Of a stretch of DNA of 64,000 nucleotides, positions 18,362-26,577 are shown one piece after another. Below the pieces are notes generated by a model that had not been told where the DNA came from, ran no database searches, and worked only from the letters and a program-made list of their open reading frames with translations. The position numbers and the translations under genes were made by a program. Numbering within the stretch: the stretch's first letter is position 1; each line of letters begins with the position of its first letter. The stretch is from Dehalococcoidia bacterium (GTDB lineage: Bacteria; Chloroflexota; Dehalococcoidia; Lucifugimonadales; GCA-2712585), in the NCBI GenBank assembly GCA_965247585.1, contig CBDFHC010000001.1:17042-81041 (forward strand). Reading direction: 5' to 3'.

Positions 18362-19294
18362 GTGGGCCGTTACATAATCAGACGAGTGATAGAAGGGCTG
18401 ATCACGCTATGGCTGATCACCGTGGCCGTGTTCTTTCTTCTCCGGCTGGGGGGAGCGAACCCGGTGGAGTACATGCTGCCCCCGGAAGCTACATTGGCAG
18501 ATATAGAGAGGATGACGGCGTCCTACGGGTTCGATAAGCCGATGCTGACGCAGTACTGGATATATAACAAGAAGCTGGTGAGAGGGGACTTTGGGAAGGC
18601 GCTGGCATGGGACAAGCGGCCTAGCCTTACAGTGGTGATTGACCACATTCCGGCGACGCTGCAACTGACCAGCGCGGCGCTGGCATTCGCGATAGTTTTC
18701 GGGGTAATAATAGGCGCTATTTCCGCAGCGCGACCGAACTCAATATTCGATAGAGTGGGAAAGATTGTGGCGATCACGGGGCAGTCGATGCCGGTGTTTT
18801 GGGTAGGGCTGCTGATGATACTGCTCTTCACGGTGTACCTGGGCTGGCTGCCCAGCGCGGGTGGGCTGGACCGGTTAGGCATTAAAGGGATAATCATGCC
18901 GGCGATGTCACTGGGCCTTTTCCTGGTGGCGTCACACATGAGGATAGTCCGGTCCACCATGCTGGAGGTGCTGGAATCAGACTATATAAAGATGGTGCGC
19001 GCCAAAGGGTTGCCCAGCAGGATGGTGATCTGGAAACATGCGTTCAAGAATGCGTCGATTCCGGTATTCACGCTGTTCTTTGTGAACTTCGCGGCGCTTA
19101 TCTCCGGGGCGGTGATAACGGAAACGATATTCTCCTGGCCGGGAATAGGCAGCCTGCTGGTGGACTCCATCCTGACGCGGGACTACCCGGTGGTGCAAAC
19201 GGTAATCTTCTTTGCGGCGATCTTTATAGTATTCATAAATATCCTGGTGGATGTGATGTACGCCTGGTTGGACCCGAGAATCCGGGTGGCGTAG
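18362..19294 (+). CDS. ABC transporter permease (DppB/OppB-like)
   Basis: 310 aa. Characteristic N-terminus MGRYIIRRVIEGLITLWLI.. and a six-TM BPD_transp_1 layout. Confidence 0.9.
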   Translation: MGRYIIRRVIEGLITLWLITVAVFFLLRLGGANPVEYMLPPEATLADIERMTASYGFDKPMLTQYWIYNKKLVRGDFGKALAWDKRPSLTVVIDHIPATLQLTSAALAFAIVFGVIIGAISAARPNSIFDRVGKIVAITGQSMPVFWVGLLMILLFTVYLGWLPSAGGLDRLGIKGIIMPAMSLGLFLVASHMRIVRSTMLEVLESDYIKMVRAKGLPSRMVIWKHAFKNASIPVFTLFFVNFAALISGAVITETIFSWPGIGSLLVDSILTRDYPVVQTVIFFAAIFIVFINILVDVMYAWLDPRIRVA

Positions 19295-19315
19295 GAAGGG
19301 TGTCAGCGAAGATAC

Positions 19316-20224
19316 ATGGCTAGCCTTGGCGGCGGAAACGGAGCGTTTGTACTGACGAGACCCGCAGGGGTCTTGGACCAAGTGGGCTCCGTACTACAGA
19401 AGTTCAGAAGAGGGCTGAGGGGGTCCCCCAAGCTGTCCCTCCTTTTCCTTTTCTTGGCCCTCGTATGCGCCGTCTTCGCGCCGATAATAGCGCCGTACAG
19501 TCCGATAGAGGGGGACCTGAGCACCCTCTTCGAGAAGCCGAATTTCGGCAACCACCTGCTGGGAACGGACAATCAAGGGCGGGACAACTTAAGCCGCCTG
19601 ATCTATGGCGCCCAAATCTCCGTGAAAGTGGGCGTGCTGGCGGTGTTCGTAGCGGGGGCGGTAGGCACCCTTGTCGCCCTGGTCAGCGGCGTGTTTCGCG
19701 GCTGGGTGGACATCGTTTTGATGCGGATAACGGACGGCTTCCTGGCCCTGCCGTTCCTAATGGTGGCGGTGACGGTAGTCTCGCTGCTGGGTCCCAGTGT
19801 GACCAACGTGATACTGGTGATAGGGCTGCTGCGGTGGATGGGGTACGCCCGGGTGTTGCGTGGTGAGGTGCTGCGCCTGATGGAGATGGACTTTGTGCGG
19901 TTGGCGCGGGTGGCAGGGGCCAGCCGGCCCAGGATCATGCAGCGCCACATCTTCCCGAATATTATAAACACGCTGCTGGTGCTTTCGACGCTGGAGGTGG
20001 GGTTGGCGGTGATTGCGGAGGCGGGGCTGAGCTTCCTGGGGCTGGGAATACCGAGGCCGCTGCCTTCCTGGGGGACTCTGCTGGCAGATGGACAGCAATA
20101 TATCTGGATTAAGTGGTGGCTACCCATATTCCCGGGGATCGCGATCACGCTACTGGTGATGTCTGCCAACCTGACGGGGGACTGGCTGAGGGACCGGACG
20201 GACCCGACGCGGCGCCAGCTTTAG
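19316..20224 (+). CDS. ABC transporter permease (DppC/OppC-like)
   Basis: 302 aa. ..HLLGTDNQGRDNLSRLIYGAQISV.. (OppC N-terminal block) and a BPD_transp_1 core. Confidence 0.9.
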   Translation: MASLGGGNGAFVLTRPAGVLDQVGSVLQKFRRGLRGSPKLSLLFLFLALVCAVFAPIIAPYSPIEGDLSTLFEKPNFGNHLLGTDNQGRDNLSRLIYGAQISVKVGVLAVFVAGAVGTLVALVSGVFRGWVDIVLMRITDGFLALPFLMVAVTVVSLLGPSVTNVILVIGLLRWMGYARVLRGEVLRLMEMDFVRLARVAGASRPRIMQRHIFPNIINTLLVLSTLEVGLAVIAEAGLSFLGLGIPRPLPSWGTLLADGQQYIWIKWWLPIFPGIAITLLVMSANLTGDWLRDRTDPTRRQL

Positions 20225-20232
20225 GCGGCAGG

Positions 20233-20257
20233 AGGCCGGTCACAGGGGCGGCCTTTT
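20233..20257 (+). terminator. Possible intrinsic terminator after the permease gene
   Basis: AGGCCG-(10 nt)-CGGCCT followed by TTTT, starting 9 nt after the stop codon. The stem is short, hence low confidence. Confidence 0.35.
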
Positions 20258-20422
20258 GGGGTTGTGCCAGGATGCTGAAAAACTCTAGGGACCATTGCCT
20301 CCGGCTTTTCCGCGAGACTTCGACCCGGCCCCGTTTCTGGCTGTACGGACCTGGGACATAGTTCACACATGTGCGGAGACACGGTGGACACCATCATCCG
20401 CCACAGAGCTTGTGAATTAATC

Positions 20423-20636
20423 AGGCTGGAACGCCGATAGTGGGCGCCAGGGTTGGATGTGCTCTCCCGGCACACCCAGATCCTTCGATCTTTACGGGCG
20501 GACTCAGAATGACATGACTCATTCGAATGCTCAATGTGCGACGGGGTGGTGTTGAAAACGCTGAAAAAGCCGAAGAAGCCAAGAACTCATAGCCTCTCAG
20601 ACTTCGGCAAAGGGGCGCAGCCCCTCTGCACTCTCC
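20423..20636 (+). repeat. Intergenic mosaic repeat (B + GCTGAAAAAGCCGA.. segment + A 3' end)
   Basis: ..GGTTGGATGTGCTCTCCCGGCACACCCAGATCCTTCGATCTTTACGGGCGGACTCAGAATGACATG.. then ..CCTCTCAGACTTCGGCAAAGGGGCGCAGCCCCTCTGCACTCTCC. Confidence 0.8.
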
Positions 20637-20731
20637 TTATTCTTAAGCCTGGTAGGGAACAAATTGAACCGTCGTTCCGTCTTAATGTGTGAAGGCCGCC
20701 GCTGAAGAGCGGTCCGAGGGGCAGGTACGTA

Positions 20732-21850
20732 ATGAAGCGATTCGTTCCCCTAATGTTTATGTCAATTGTCGTGGCGCTGGTTTTGGCGGGATGTGGGGTT
20801 GGGGGGACACCGACGCCCACCGCCACGGCACCGGGGCCGGCAGCAGCGGGGCCGACGGCGACGCCGACTCCCGCAGCGCCGGGGCCGGGAACTACCGCGC
20901 CGACGGGGATGCCAACGCGCCCACCAACGCTGGACCCAACACCGGGCCGTACGGTTACGGCAAAGCCCATACCTCCTCCAGGAGTGGCAAGGGAGTGGGA
21001 GGTCAAGGGAACCAGCGTCGACGGGGGAACGGTGAGCGTAACGCTGCATTTGTTCGCGGGGATAGACGTTCGGGTAACGCTGAACGGCGCACCGGCGGAT
21101 GGGGTTATGGCCGCGGCGCCGCAGCTGGTGTTCACTTTCGTTGACGTAGGTCCCGGGCTGCACCTGGTGGTGGTAAGCGACGTGGTGGGTTTTACGGAGG
21201 AGCATGAGGTGGTGGTGCCGCAGGCCAGCGTCGACGCGGCGCTGCCGGACCGGCTGAAAGGCTTGATTGCGGAGCTGGAGGGCCAATCTCCGGCGAATCC
21301 GCCGTTCTCGATTACCAGGTATGAGTACAAGGGCGAAACGGTGTATTACCAGACGCCGGCGTGCTGCGACCTGTTCAGCAACTTGTACGACGCGGAGGGG
21401 AAGCTGATAGCGCATCCGGACGGAGGGATCACGGGGGAGGGGGACGGCCGGGCGCCGCTGTTCTCGTTGACGCGAAAGATGCCGTTGCCGGTGTGGCAGG
21501 ACGCCAGGTTGGAGGCCGCGCCGGAAACTGAGCAGATCTCGGCGCCAGTGGACGACGTTAGCCTAGAGGTGGCGGAGAGCTTTCCGCCACAGTATTTTTT
21601 GAGGGTGGTGTCCGGGTTGCCCAATAGCTGTCATTCGTTTGGGGGGTACACGCCGACGCGGGACGGGTCTAACATCAGCGTCCGGGTGTACAACCACAGG
21701 CGCACGGGCGAGGGGCTTCTGTGCGCGCAGGTGTACGGGACGGTGGAAACACGAATTGTGCTGGGCAGCGATTACGATCCGGAGAGGGTTTACACGGTGG
21801 ATGTGAACGGACGGAAGGTGTCGTTCCAGTCTGGGTCAGTGGTGGAGTGA
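20732..21850 (+). CDS. Hypothetical lipoprotein
   Basis: 372 aa. Signal peptide with lipobox ..ALVLAGC, then a Pro/Thr/Ala-rich linker. A Cys-containing block ..YYQTPACCDLFSNLYDAEGKLIAHPDGGITGEGDG.. follows, then a C-terminal beta-rich domain. No function is recognisable. Confidence 0.6.
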   Translation: MKRFVPLMFMSIVVALVLAGCGVGGTPTPTATAPGPAAAGPTATPTPAAPGPGTTAPTGMPTRPPTLDPTPGRTVTAKPIPPPGVAREWEVKGTSVDGGTVSVTLHLFAGIDVRVTLNGAPADGVMAAAPQLVFTFVDVGPGLHLVVVSDVVGFTEEHEVVVPQASVDAALPDRLKGLIAELEGQSPANPPFSITRYEYKGETVYYQTPACCDLFSNLYDAEGKLIAHPDGGITGEGDGRAPLFSLTRKMPLPVWQDARLEAAPETEQISAPVDDVSLEVAESFPPQYFLRVVSGLPNSCHSFGGYTPTRDGSNISVRVYNHRRTGEGLLCAQVYGTVETRIVLGSDYDPERVYTVDVNGRKVSFQSGSVVE

Positions 21851-21999
21851 TGGTTTCCGGTCTGGCGGGTTGACGGTGAAGGGCGGGGAAACGGCGGTTG
21901 ATACCGGCAGCACAGGGGATGGAAACCAGTGGTTGGGTTTTCCATTTTTTGCTAGCAGTGCGGTATCAGAGGGTTACAAAGCGTTGAACGGGTCTTGGT

Positions 22000-22365
22000 G
22001 AGGCGATCAGGAAATGTGTAGGGTGGATGCACCCGACGGGACGGCAAATCACAGGTTGGTGGTGCCCATCCGCCCGCCCCGGACAGTTTATATGGAGAAT
22101 CAGGATTGGAGTCCGAAGCGGGCGCCAAGGCAGGACTTGCTCTCCCCCGAACCCAGATTCTTCGATCCTCACGGGCGGACTCAGAATGACATTGTGGGGG
22201 GCGGAATGCGGTATGGGCTCGTCCTTCGAGAGCCTCAGGATGAGCGGGTTGGAGGCGTAGGAGGCTCATTTTCATAGGAATGACATGGTATCGCTGTGTG
22301 GTCTATTGGAGATGAAGCAACGTGACGGGAGCCGTTGGAGCATCTGAGGCGCTATTACCGCAGGA
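22000..22365 (+). repeat. Intergenic mosaic repeat (A 5' half + C' + B + D + E)
   Basis: ..GGCAAATCACAGGTTGGTGGTGCCCATCCGCCCGCCCCGG.., ..CCCAGATTCTTCGATCCTCACGGGCGGACTCAGAATGACATTG.., ..GGTATGGGCTCGTCCTTCGAGAGCCTCAGGATGAGCGGGTTGGAGGCGTAGGAGGCTCATTTTCATAGGAATGACATGG.. Confidence 0.85.
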
Positions 22366-22539
22366 ATCTCCGCGTCGTTCCGGGTGGCTGAATGGGGGAT
22401 GGGAGAGGGATTGCTGATCAGTGCATCGCTCAGTAGGAAGCGCGGCGGTTTGAGAAGCGAGGACTTCGGGTGGATAATGGGCCGGAGCGGGGAGCCAGGG
22501 GGCGGCGAAATTCGACCTAAATAAACTCCAGGGGTTGCG

Positions 22540-23889
22540 ATGATTTACGACGGAGAGCGCAGGGACGTGTCCATAGCGGTGGGCGGGGACGCGATGATTA
22601 CGCGGAGGATGCGGCCGTTCAAGGAGGAGGCGTTTCTGAAGCTGGTGAAGGTGCTGCGGGACGCGGATGTGACGGTGACGAACCTGGAGATGCTGTTCCA
22701 CGACTACGAGAGTAGCTGGCAGTGGAGCGGCGGCACGTATACCAGGTCCGACCCCAGAAACCTGGAGGAGCTGAAGTGGATGGGTGTGGATGCGGTGACG
22801 ACGGCGAATAACCACGCATACGATTTCTCAGAGGGAGGGTTCCTAACGACGCTGGAGAACTGCCGGGAGCTGGGGCTGCCGCAGGCGGGCGGGGGCCGGA
22901 GTATTGACGAGGCGCGGGCGCCGGCGTACGTGGACTCGGTGGGGGGAAGGGTGGCGGTGATGGGCGCGTCCAGCACGTTCAGCGAGCAGTCCAGGGCGAG
23001 GCCGGGGCGGCCGGACTTTCCAGGGAGGCCGAGGATTAGCGCGCTGCGGCACGAGGTGGTGCACCACGTGGAGAGGGAGGTGTTCGAGGCGATTACAACG
23101 GCTAACCGGGAGTTGGGGTACGAGGCGGCGCAGGAGAACCGCTGGGCGTTTGGGTTCCAGGGAGTGTCGGACGCGGCGAGGGATAGCGCGGAGGTGGAGT
23201 TCCTGGAGGGGAAGTTCCGGCTGAGTGAGGAGTACGCGGTAAAGACGTCTGTGAATAAGGAGGACCTTTCGGGGATTGGGAACTGGATGAGGGGGGCGCA
23301 GAAGCAGTCGGACTGGCTGGTGTTCGGGGCGCACTGCCACGAGAGCGGGATGGAGGGGGAGTTTCACGGGAGCTCGCGGGTCTCGCCGCCGGACTTTTTG
23401 GTGGAGATGGCTCACTGGGCGGTTGACCAAGGATGCGCGGTGTTCGCGGGGCACGGGCCCCATTTTCTGAGGGGGATTGAGATTTACAAGAACCGGCCCA
23501 TCTTTTACAGCCTGGGAAATTTCATTTTTCAGAACGAGACTGTGCCGTGGCTTCCAGAGGAGGCGTACCGGAGGTTCAAGCTAGGGGCCGACCAGACGCC
23601 GGGGGATTACCTGGACACGCGGTCCGGCGGCGGTAGCCGGGCGTTCGCGGGGGACCCGGTGTTCTGGCAGAGCGCGGTGCCGGTTTGCAATTTCCGGAAC
23701 GGGCTGCTGAAGGAGGTGCTGTTGTACCCGATTGACATGGGGTTCCAGAAGCCCACAGGGCAGAGGGGCCGTCCGGTGCTGGCGGAGGGGGCCGTGGCGG
23801 AGCGAACGTTGAAGTGGCTACAGGAGGTTTCGAAGCCGTATGGGACGGAGATTGGGATTGAGGGTGGTATTGGGGTTATAAGGGTTTAG
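22540..23889 (+). CDS. CapA-family (PGA_cap) metallophosphatase-like protein
   Basis: 449 aa. ..TTANNHAYDFSEGG.. and ..FAGHGPHFLRGIEIYKNRPIFYSLGNFIF.. are the conserved CapA/PGA_cap blocks. No capB/capC lies nearby. Confidence 0.8.
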   Translation: MIYDGERRDVSIAVGGDAMITRRMRPFKEEAFLKLVKVLRDADVTVTNLEMLFHDYESSWQWSGGTYTRSDPRNLEELKWMGVDAVTTANNHAYDFSEGGFLTTLENCRELGLPQAGGGRSIDEARAPAYVDSVGGRVAVMGASSTFSEQSRARPGRPDFPGRPRISALRHEVVHHVEREVFEAITTANRELGYEAAQENRWAFGFQGVSDAARDSAEVEFLEGKFRLSEEYAVKTSVNKEDLSGIGNWMRGAQKQSDWLVFGAHCHESGMEGEFHGSSRVSPPDFLVEMAHWAVDQGCAVFAGHGPHFLRGIEIYKNRPIFYSLGNFIFQNETVPWLPEEAYRRFKLGADQTPGDYLDTRSGGGSRAFAGDPVFWQSAVPVCNFRNGLLKEVLLYPIDMGFQKPTGQRGRPVLAEGAVAERTLKWLQEVSKPYGTEIGIEGGIGVIRV

Positions 23890-23974
23890 GCGGGCTGGCC
23901 GGGGGCCGGACTGAGGAGCGGGGCTCTGCTACAATGGCCCGGTGCGGAGGGGGTGTAAGCATGCCCAGTTGAGG

Positions 23975-24480
23975 ATGGAGCAACTGGGCCGGAGCCATGG
24001 AAGCGGACGCGGGGCTAATACTTAGGAAATCAGCCATGGCGAGGGGTGTTGGTGTCACAGGGGACAGCGAATCGGAGGTTGGTGGTTCCCACCCACCCGC
24101 CCCGGAAGGTTTAAAAAACGAATATCTGAGGGATACCCTCAGACTCCCGGCAGCCACCACCCAGGTTCCCTGTACCTTCCTGTGTGGTTGGTGGCACCCA
24201 CTCGCTCTGCTGACCGGAGGGAAGGCGGTATGGGCTCGTCCTTCGAGGGCCTCAGGATGGGCGGGTTGGATGCGGGGTAAGGTTTACAAAAGTTTATATC
24301 TGATGGACACCCTCAGACTCCCGGCAGTCACCACCCAGGTTCCCTGCACCTTCCTGGGTGGTTGGTGGCACCTACTCGTTGTGCTGACCGGAGGAAAGGC
24401 GGTATGGGCTCGTCCTTTGAGGGCCTTAGTAGGATGAGCGGGTTGGATGCGGAGATAGGGTGTATTAGGACTATCGTCAT
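23975..24480 (+). repeat. Intergenic mosaic repeat (E 3' + A + D + A 3' + D) with ~174-bp internal tandem
   Basis: Core CTGAGGGATACCCTCAGACTCCCGGCAG is at about 24126 and CTGATGGACACCCTCAGACTCCCGGCAG at about 24300. Each is followed by ..CCACCCAGGTTCCCTG..GGTGGTTGGTGGCACC..GGTATGGGCTCGTCC..GGATG.GCGGGTTGGATGCGG. Confidence 0.85.
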
Positions 24481-24524
24481 TGGGTCTTAGGACGAAGTTG
24501 GTTGAAAGGCGGTAGCGAGGCGAT

Positions 24525-26552
24525 ATGAAGAGGGTTGGCGTGGATATTGGCGGCACGTTCACCGATTTGGTGGTATACGATGAGGCCAGCGGTGAGGTGA
24601 GGAAGACGAAGACGCCGACAACGCCTAGCGCACCGGAGGAGGGGCTGCTGCGGGCCTGCGAGCTGGCGGAGGTGGACGCGGCGGAGGTGTCTTATTTCAT
24701 GCACGCGACGACGCTGGTGACGAACCTGGTGTTGACGCGCAGCGGGGCGCGGGTAGGGTTGCTGACCACCAAGGGGTTCCGGGACGTACTGGAGATTGGG
24801 ACGAGCTATCGCCGGGACCTTTACGATTTGCAATACGACAAGCCTAAGCCGTTCGTGCCGAGGCACCTGGTCTACGAAGTGGATGAACGGGTGGACCACA
24901 AGGGTAACGTGCTGGTGGCGCTGGACCCGGAGGAGGCGAAGCGTCAGGTGGGGCGATTGATGGAGCAAGGGGTGGAGGCGATTGCGGTGGCGCTGTTCAA
25001 CTCGTACGCGAACCCGGAGCACGAGCGGATGGTGGGGGAGGTGGTGCGAGGGATGTGGCCGGAGGCGCACCTGAGCTTATCGTCCGAGGTGGACCCGCGG
25101 ATTCGAGAGTACCCGCGGGTGAGCACCACGGTGCTGAACGCGTATGCGATGCCGAGGACCCGGGGATATATAGAGCGGCTGGACAAGGCGTTGGGAGTGA
25201 GCGTGAAGTACATGCATTCCGGCGCGGGGATTGTGCCTTCGGAGCAGGCAGGGAGGTTTCCCATAACGCTGGTGGCCTCGGGGCCGGCGGCGGGTGTGCT
25301 GGCTGGGAAGTTCATCGGCGACAAGGTGGGGCGGCAGAACCTGATCACGATTGACGCGGGCGGCACCAGCTTCGACGTAGGGATAATTCGAGACGGAGAG
25401 CCGGACATTAAGGCCGAGGTGGAGGTGGAGTGGGGGATACCGGCCAGGACGCAGAGCGTGGACATCAACTCGATAGGCGCCGGGGGAGGGAGCATAGCCT
25501 GGATAGACGAAGGAGGCGCGCTCAGGGTGGGGCCGGAGAGCGCCGGGGCGGTGCCGGGTCCGGCTTGCTATGACCAGGGGGGGACGCGTCCCACGGTGAC
25601 GGACGCCAACCTGGTGATGGGGCTGTTGAACCCGGACAATTTTTTGGGGGGCCGGCTGAAGATAGAGCCGGAGAGGTCAGAGGAGTCGATAAGGCCCATT
25701 GCGCGGCACTTCGGCATTTCGTTGGAGGAGGCGGCGCTGGGCATTTACCGGGTGGTGAACGCCCACATGGTGCAGGCGATCCAGGCGGTGACGGTGAGGA
25801 AGGGGATAGACCCCAGGGACTTTACGATGGTTTCCTATGGCGGCGCAGGTGGACAGCACGCGTTCGAGGTGGCGAAGGAGGTGGGGGTGCCGACAATCCT
25901 GGTGCCGGCGGGACCGAGCACGTTTTCGGCGTTCGGGCTGCTGACGGCGGACCTGAAGAACTCGGTGTCGCGAACACTGATGTGGCCGGTGGCCAGGTTC
26001 TCGGTGGCTGAGCTTCGGCGGGTGCTGAACGGGTTGGAGAAGAGCGCCAAGGGGTTCCTGAAGGGGGAGCGAGGCAACATTGTGGGGACGGAGGTTGCGT
26101 ACACGCTGGACGTGAGGTACGTGGGGCAATCGAACGAGGTAGCGGTGTCGCTGGACGGCGGAAGGCCGGTGACCAGGGAGGCGGTTTACCGGGCGTTCGA
26201 GGAGCGGCACCAGCGGCTGTACGGGACGCGGCTGGGGGACGCGGCGGAGATTGTGAACGCGCAGGTGACGGTGACGGGGCTGGTGCAGGCGTTGGAGATG
26301 CAGAGGGGAAAAGGCGCAAGGAAGGCCGCCAAGGCCAAGGCCAAGGAGCAGCGCAAGACGGCGCTATATGACGGACCGGTAGCGGTGTTCGACCGGGGGG
26401 AGTTGGAAAACGGAATGAGGGTGAGGGGGCCGTGCATAGTGGAAGAGGAGGATTCGGCGTTCTTCATGCCTCGGGGCGCGGATGCCACGGTGGACGAGTA
26501 CGGCAACCTTCTGGTGAACACGAACAGCGCACGGCGCGCAGCGCGGCGATAG
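24525..26552 (+). CDS. Hydantoinase/oxoprolinase family protein, A (HyuA-type) subunit, copy 2
   Basis: 675 aa. MKRVGVDIGGTFTDLVV.., ..IDAGGTSFDVGII.. and ..NSIGAGGGSIAWIDEGGALRVGPESAGAVPGPACYDQGGTRPTVTDANLVMG... A diverged paralogue of 2121..4196. Confidence 0.9.
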   Translation: MKRVGVDIGGTFTDLVVYDEASGEVRKTKTPTTPSAPEEGLLRACELAEVDAAEVSYFMHATTLVTNLVLTRSGARVGLLTTKGFRDVLEIGTSYRRDLYDLQYDKPKPFVPRHLVYEVDERVDHKGNVLVALDPEEAKRQVGRLMEQGVEAIAVALFNSYANPEHERMVGEVVRGMWPEAHLSLSSEVDPRIREYPRVSTTVLNAYAMPRTRGYIERLDKALGVSVKYMHSGAGIVPSEQAGRFPITLVASGPAAGVLAGKFIGDKVGRQNLITIDAGGTSFDVGIIRDGEPDIKAEVEVEWGIPARTQSVDINSIGAGGGSIAWIDEGGALRVGPESAGAVPGPACYDQGGTRPTVTDANLVMGLLNPDNFLGGRLKIEPERSEESIRPIARHFGISLEEAALGIYRVVNAHMVQAIQAVTVRKGIDPRDFTMVSYGGAGGQHAFEVAKEVGVPTILVPAGPSTFSAFGLLTADLKNSVSRTLMWPVARFSVAELRRVLNGLEKSAKGFLKGERGNIVGTEVAYTLDVRYVGQSNEVAVSLDGGRPVTREAVYRAFEERHQRLYGTRLGDAAEIVNAQVTVTGLVQALEMQRGKGARKAAKAKAKEQRKTALYDGPVAVFDRGELENGMRVRGPCIVEEEDSAFFMPRGADATVDEYGNLLVNTNSARRAARR

Positions 26553-26577
26553 CCGGCTTCGAAAAGAGGAAGTAAAG

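Noticed and set aside
22231-22250. ..CCTCAGGATGAGCGGG.. in module D resembling the hammerhead CUGAUGAG core
   Set aside because: The motif is CAGGAUGAG, not CUGAUGA. I could not find a matching GAAA/cleavage-site arrangement or three-way junction around it.
22014-22277. Small ORFs inside the repeats giving recurrent peptides (..PRFFDPHGRTQNDMVGGGMRYGLVLREPQDERVGGVGG..), seen in many ORF-track entries (e.g. 54175..54369, 59585..59866, 44389..44958)
   Set aside because: The same DNA is read in different frames and truncated at different points from copy to copy. The ORFs lack RBSs and starts in consistent positions. Substitutions between copies do not respect codon structure. They are by-products of the repeat, not a gene family.
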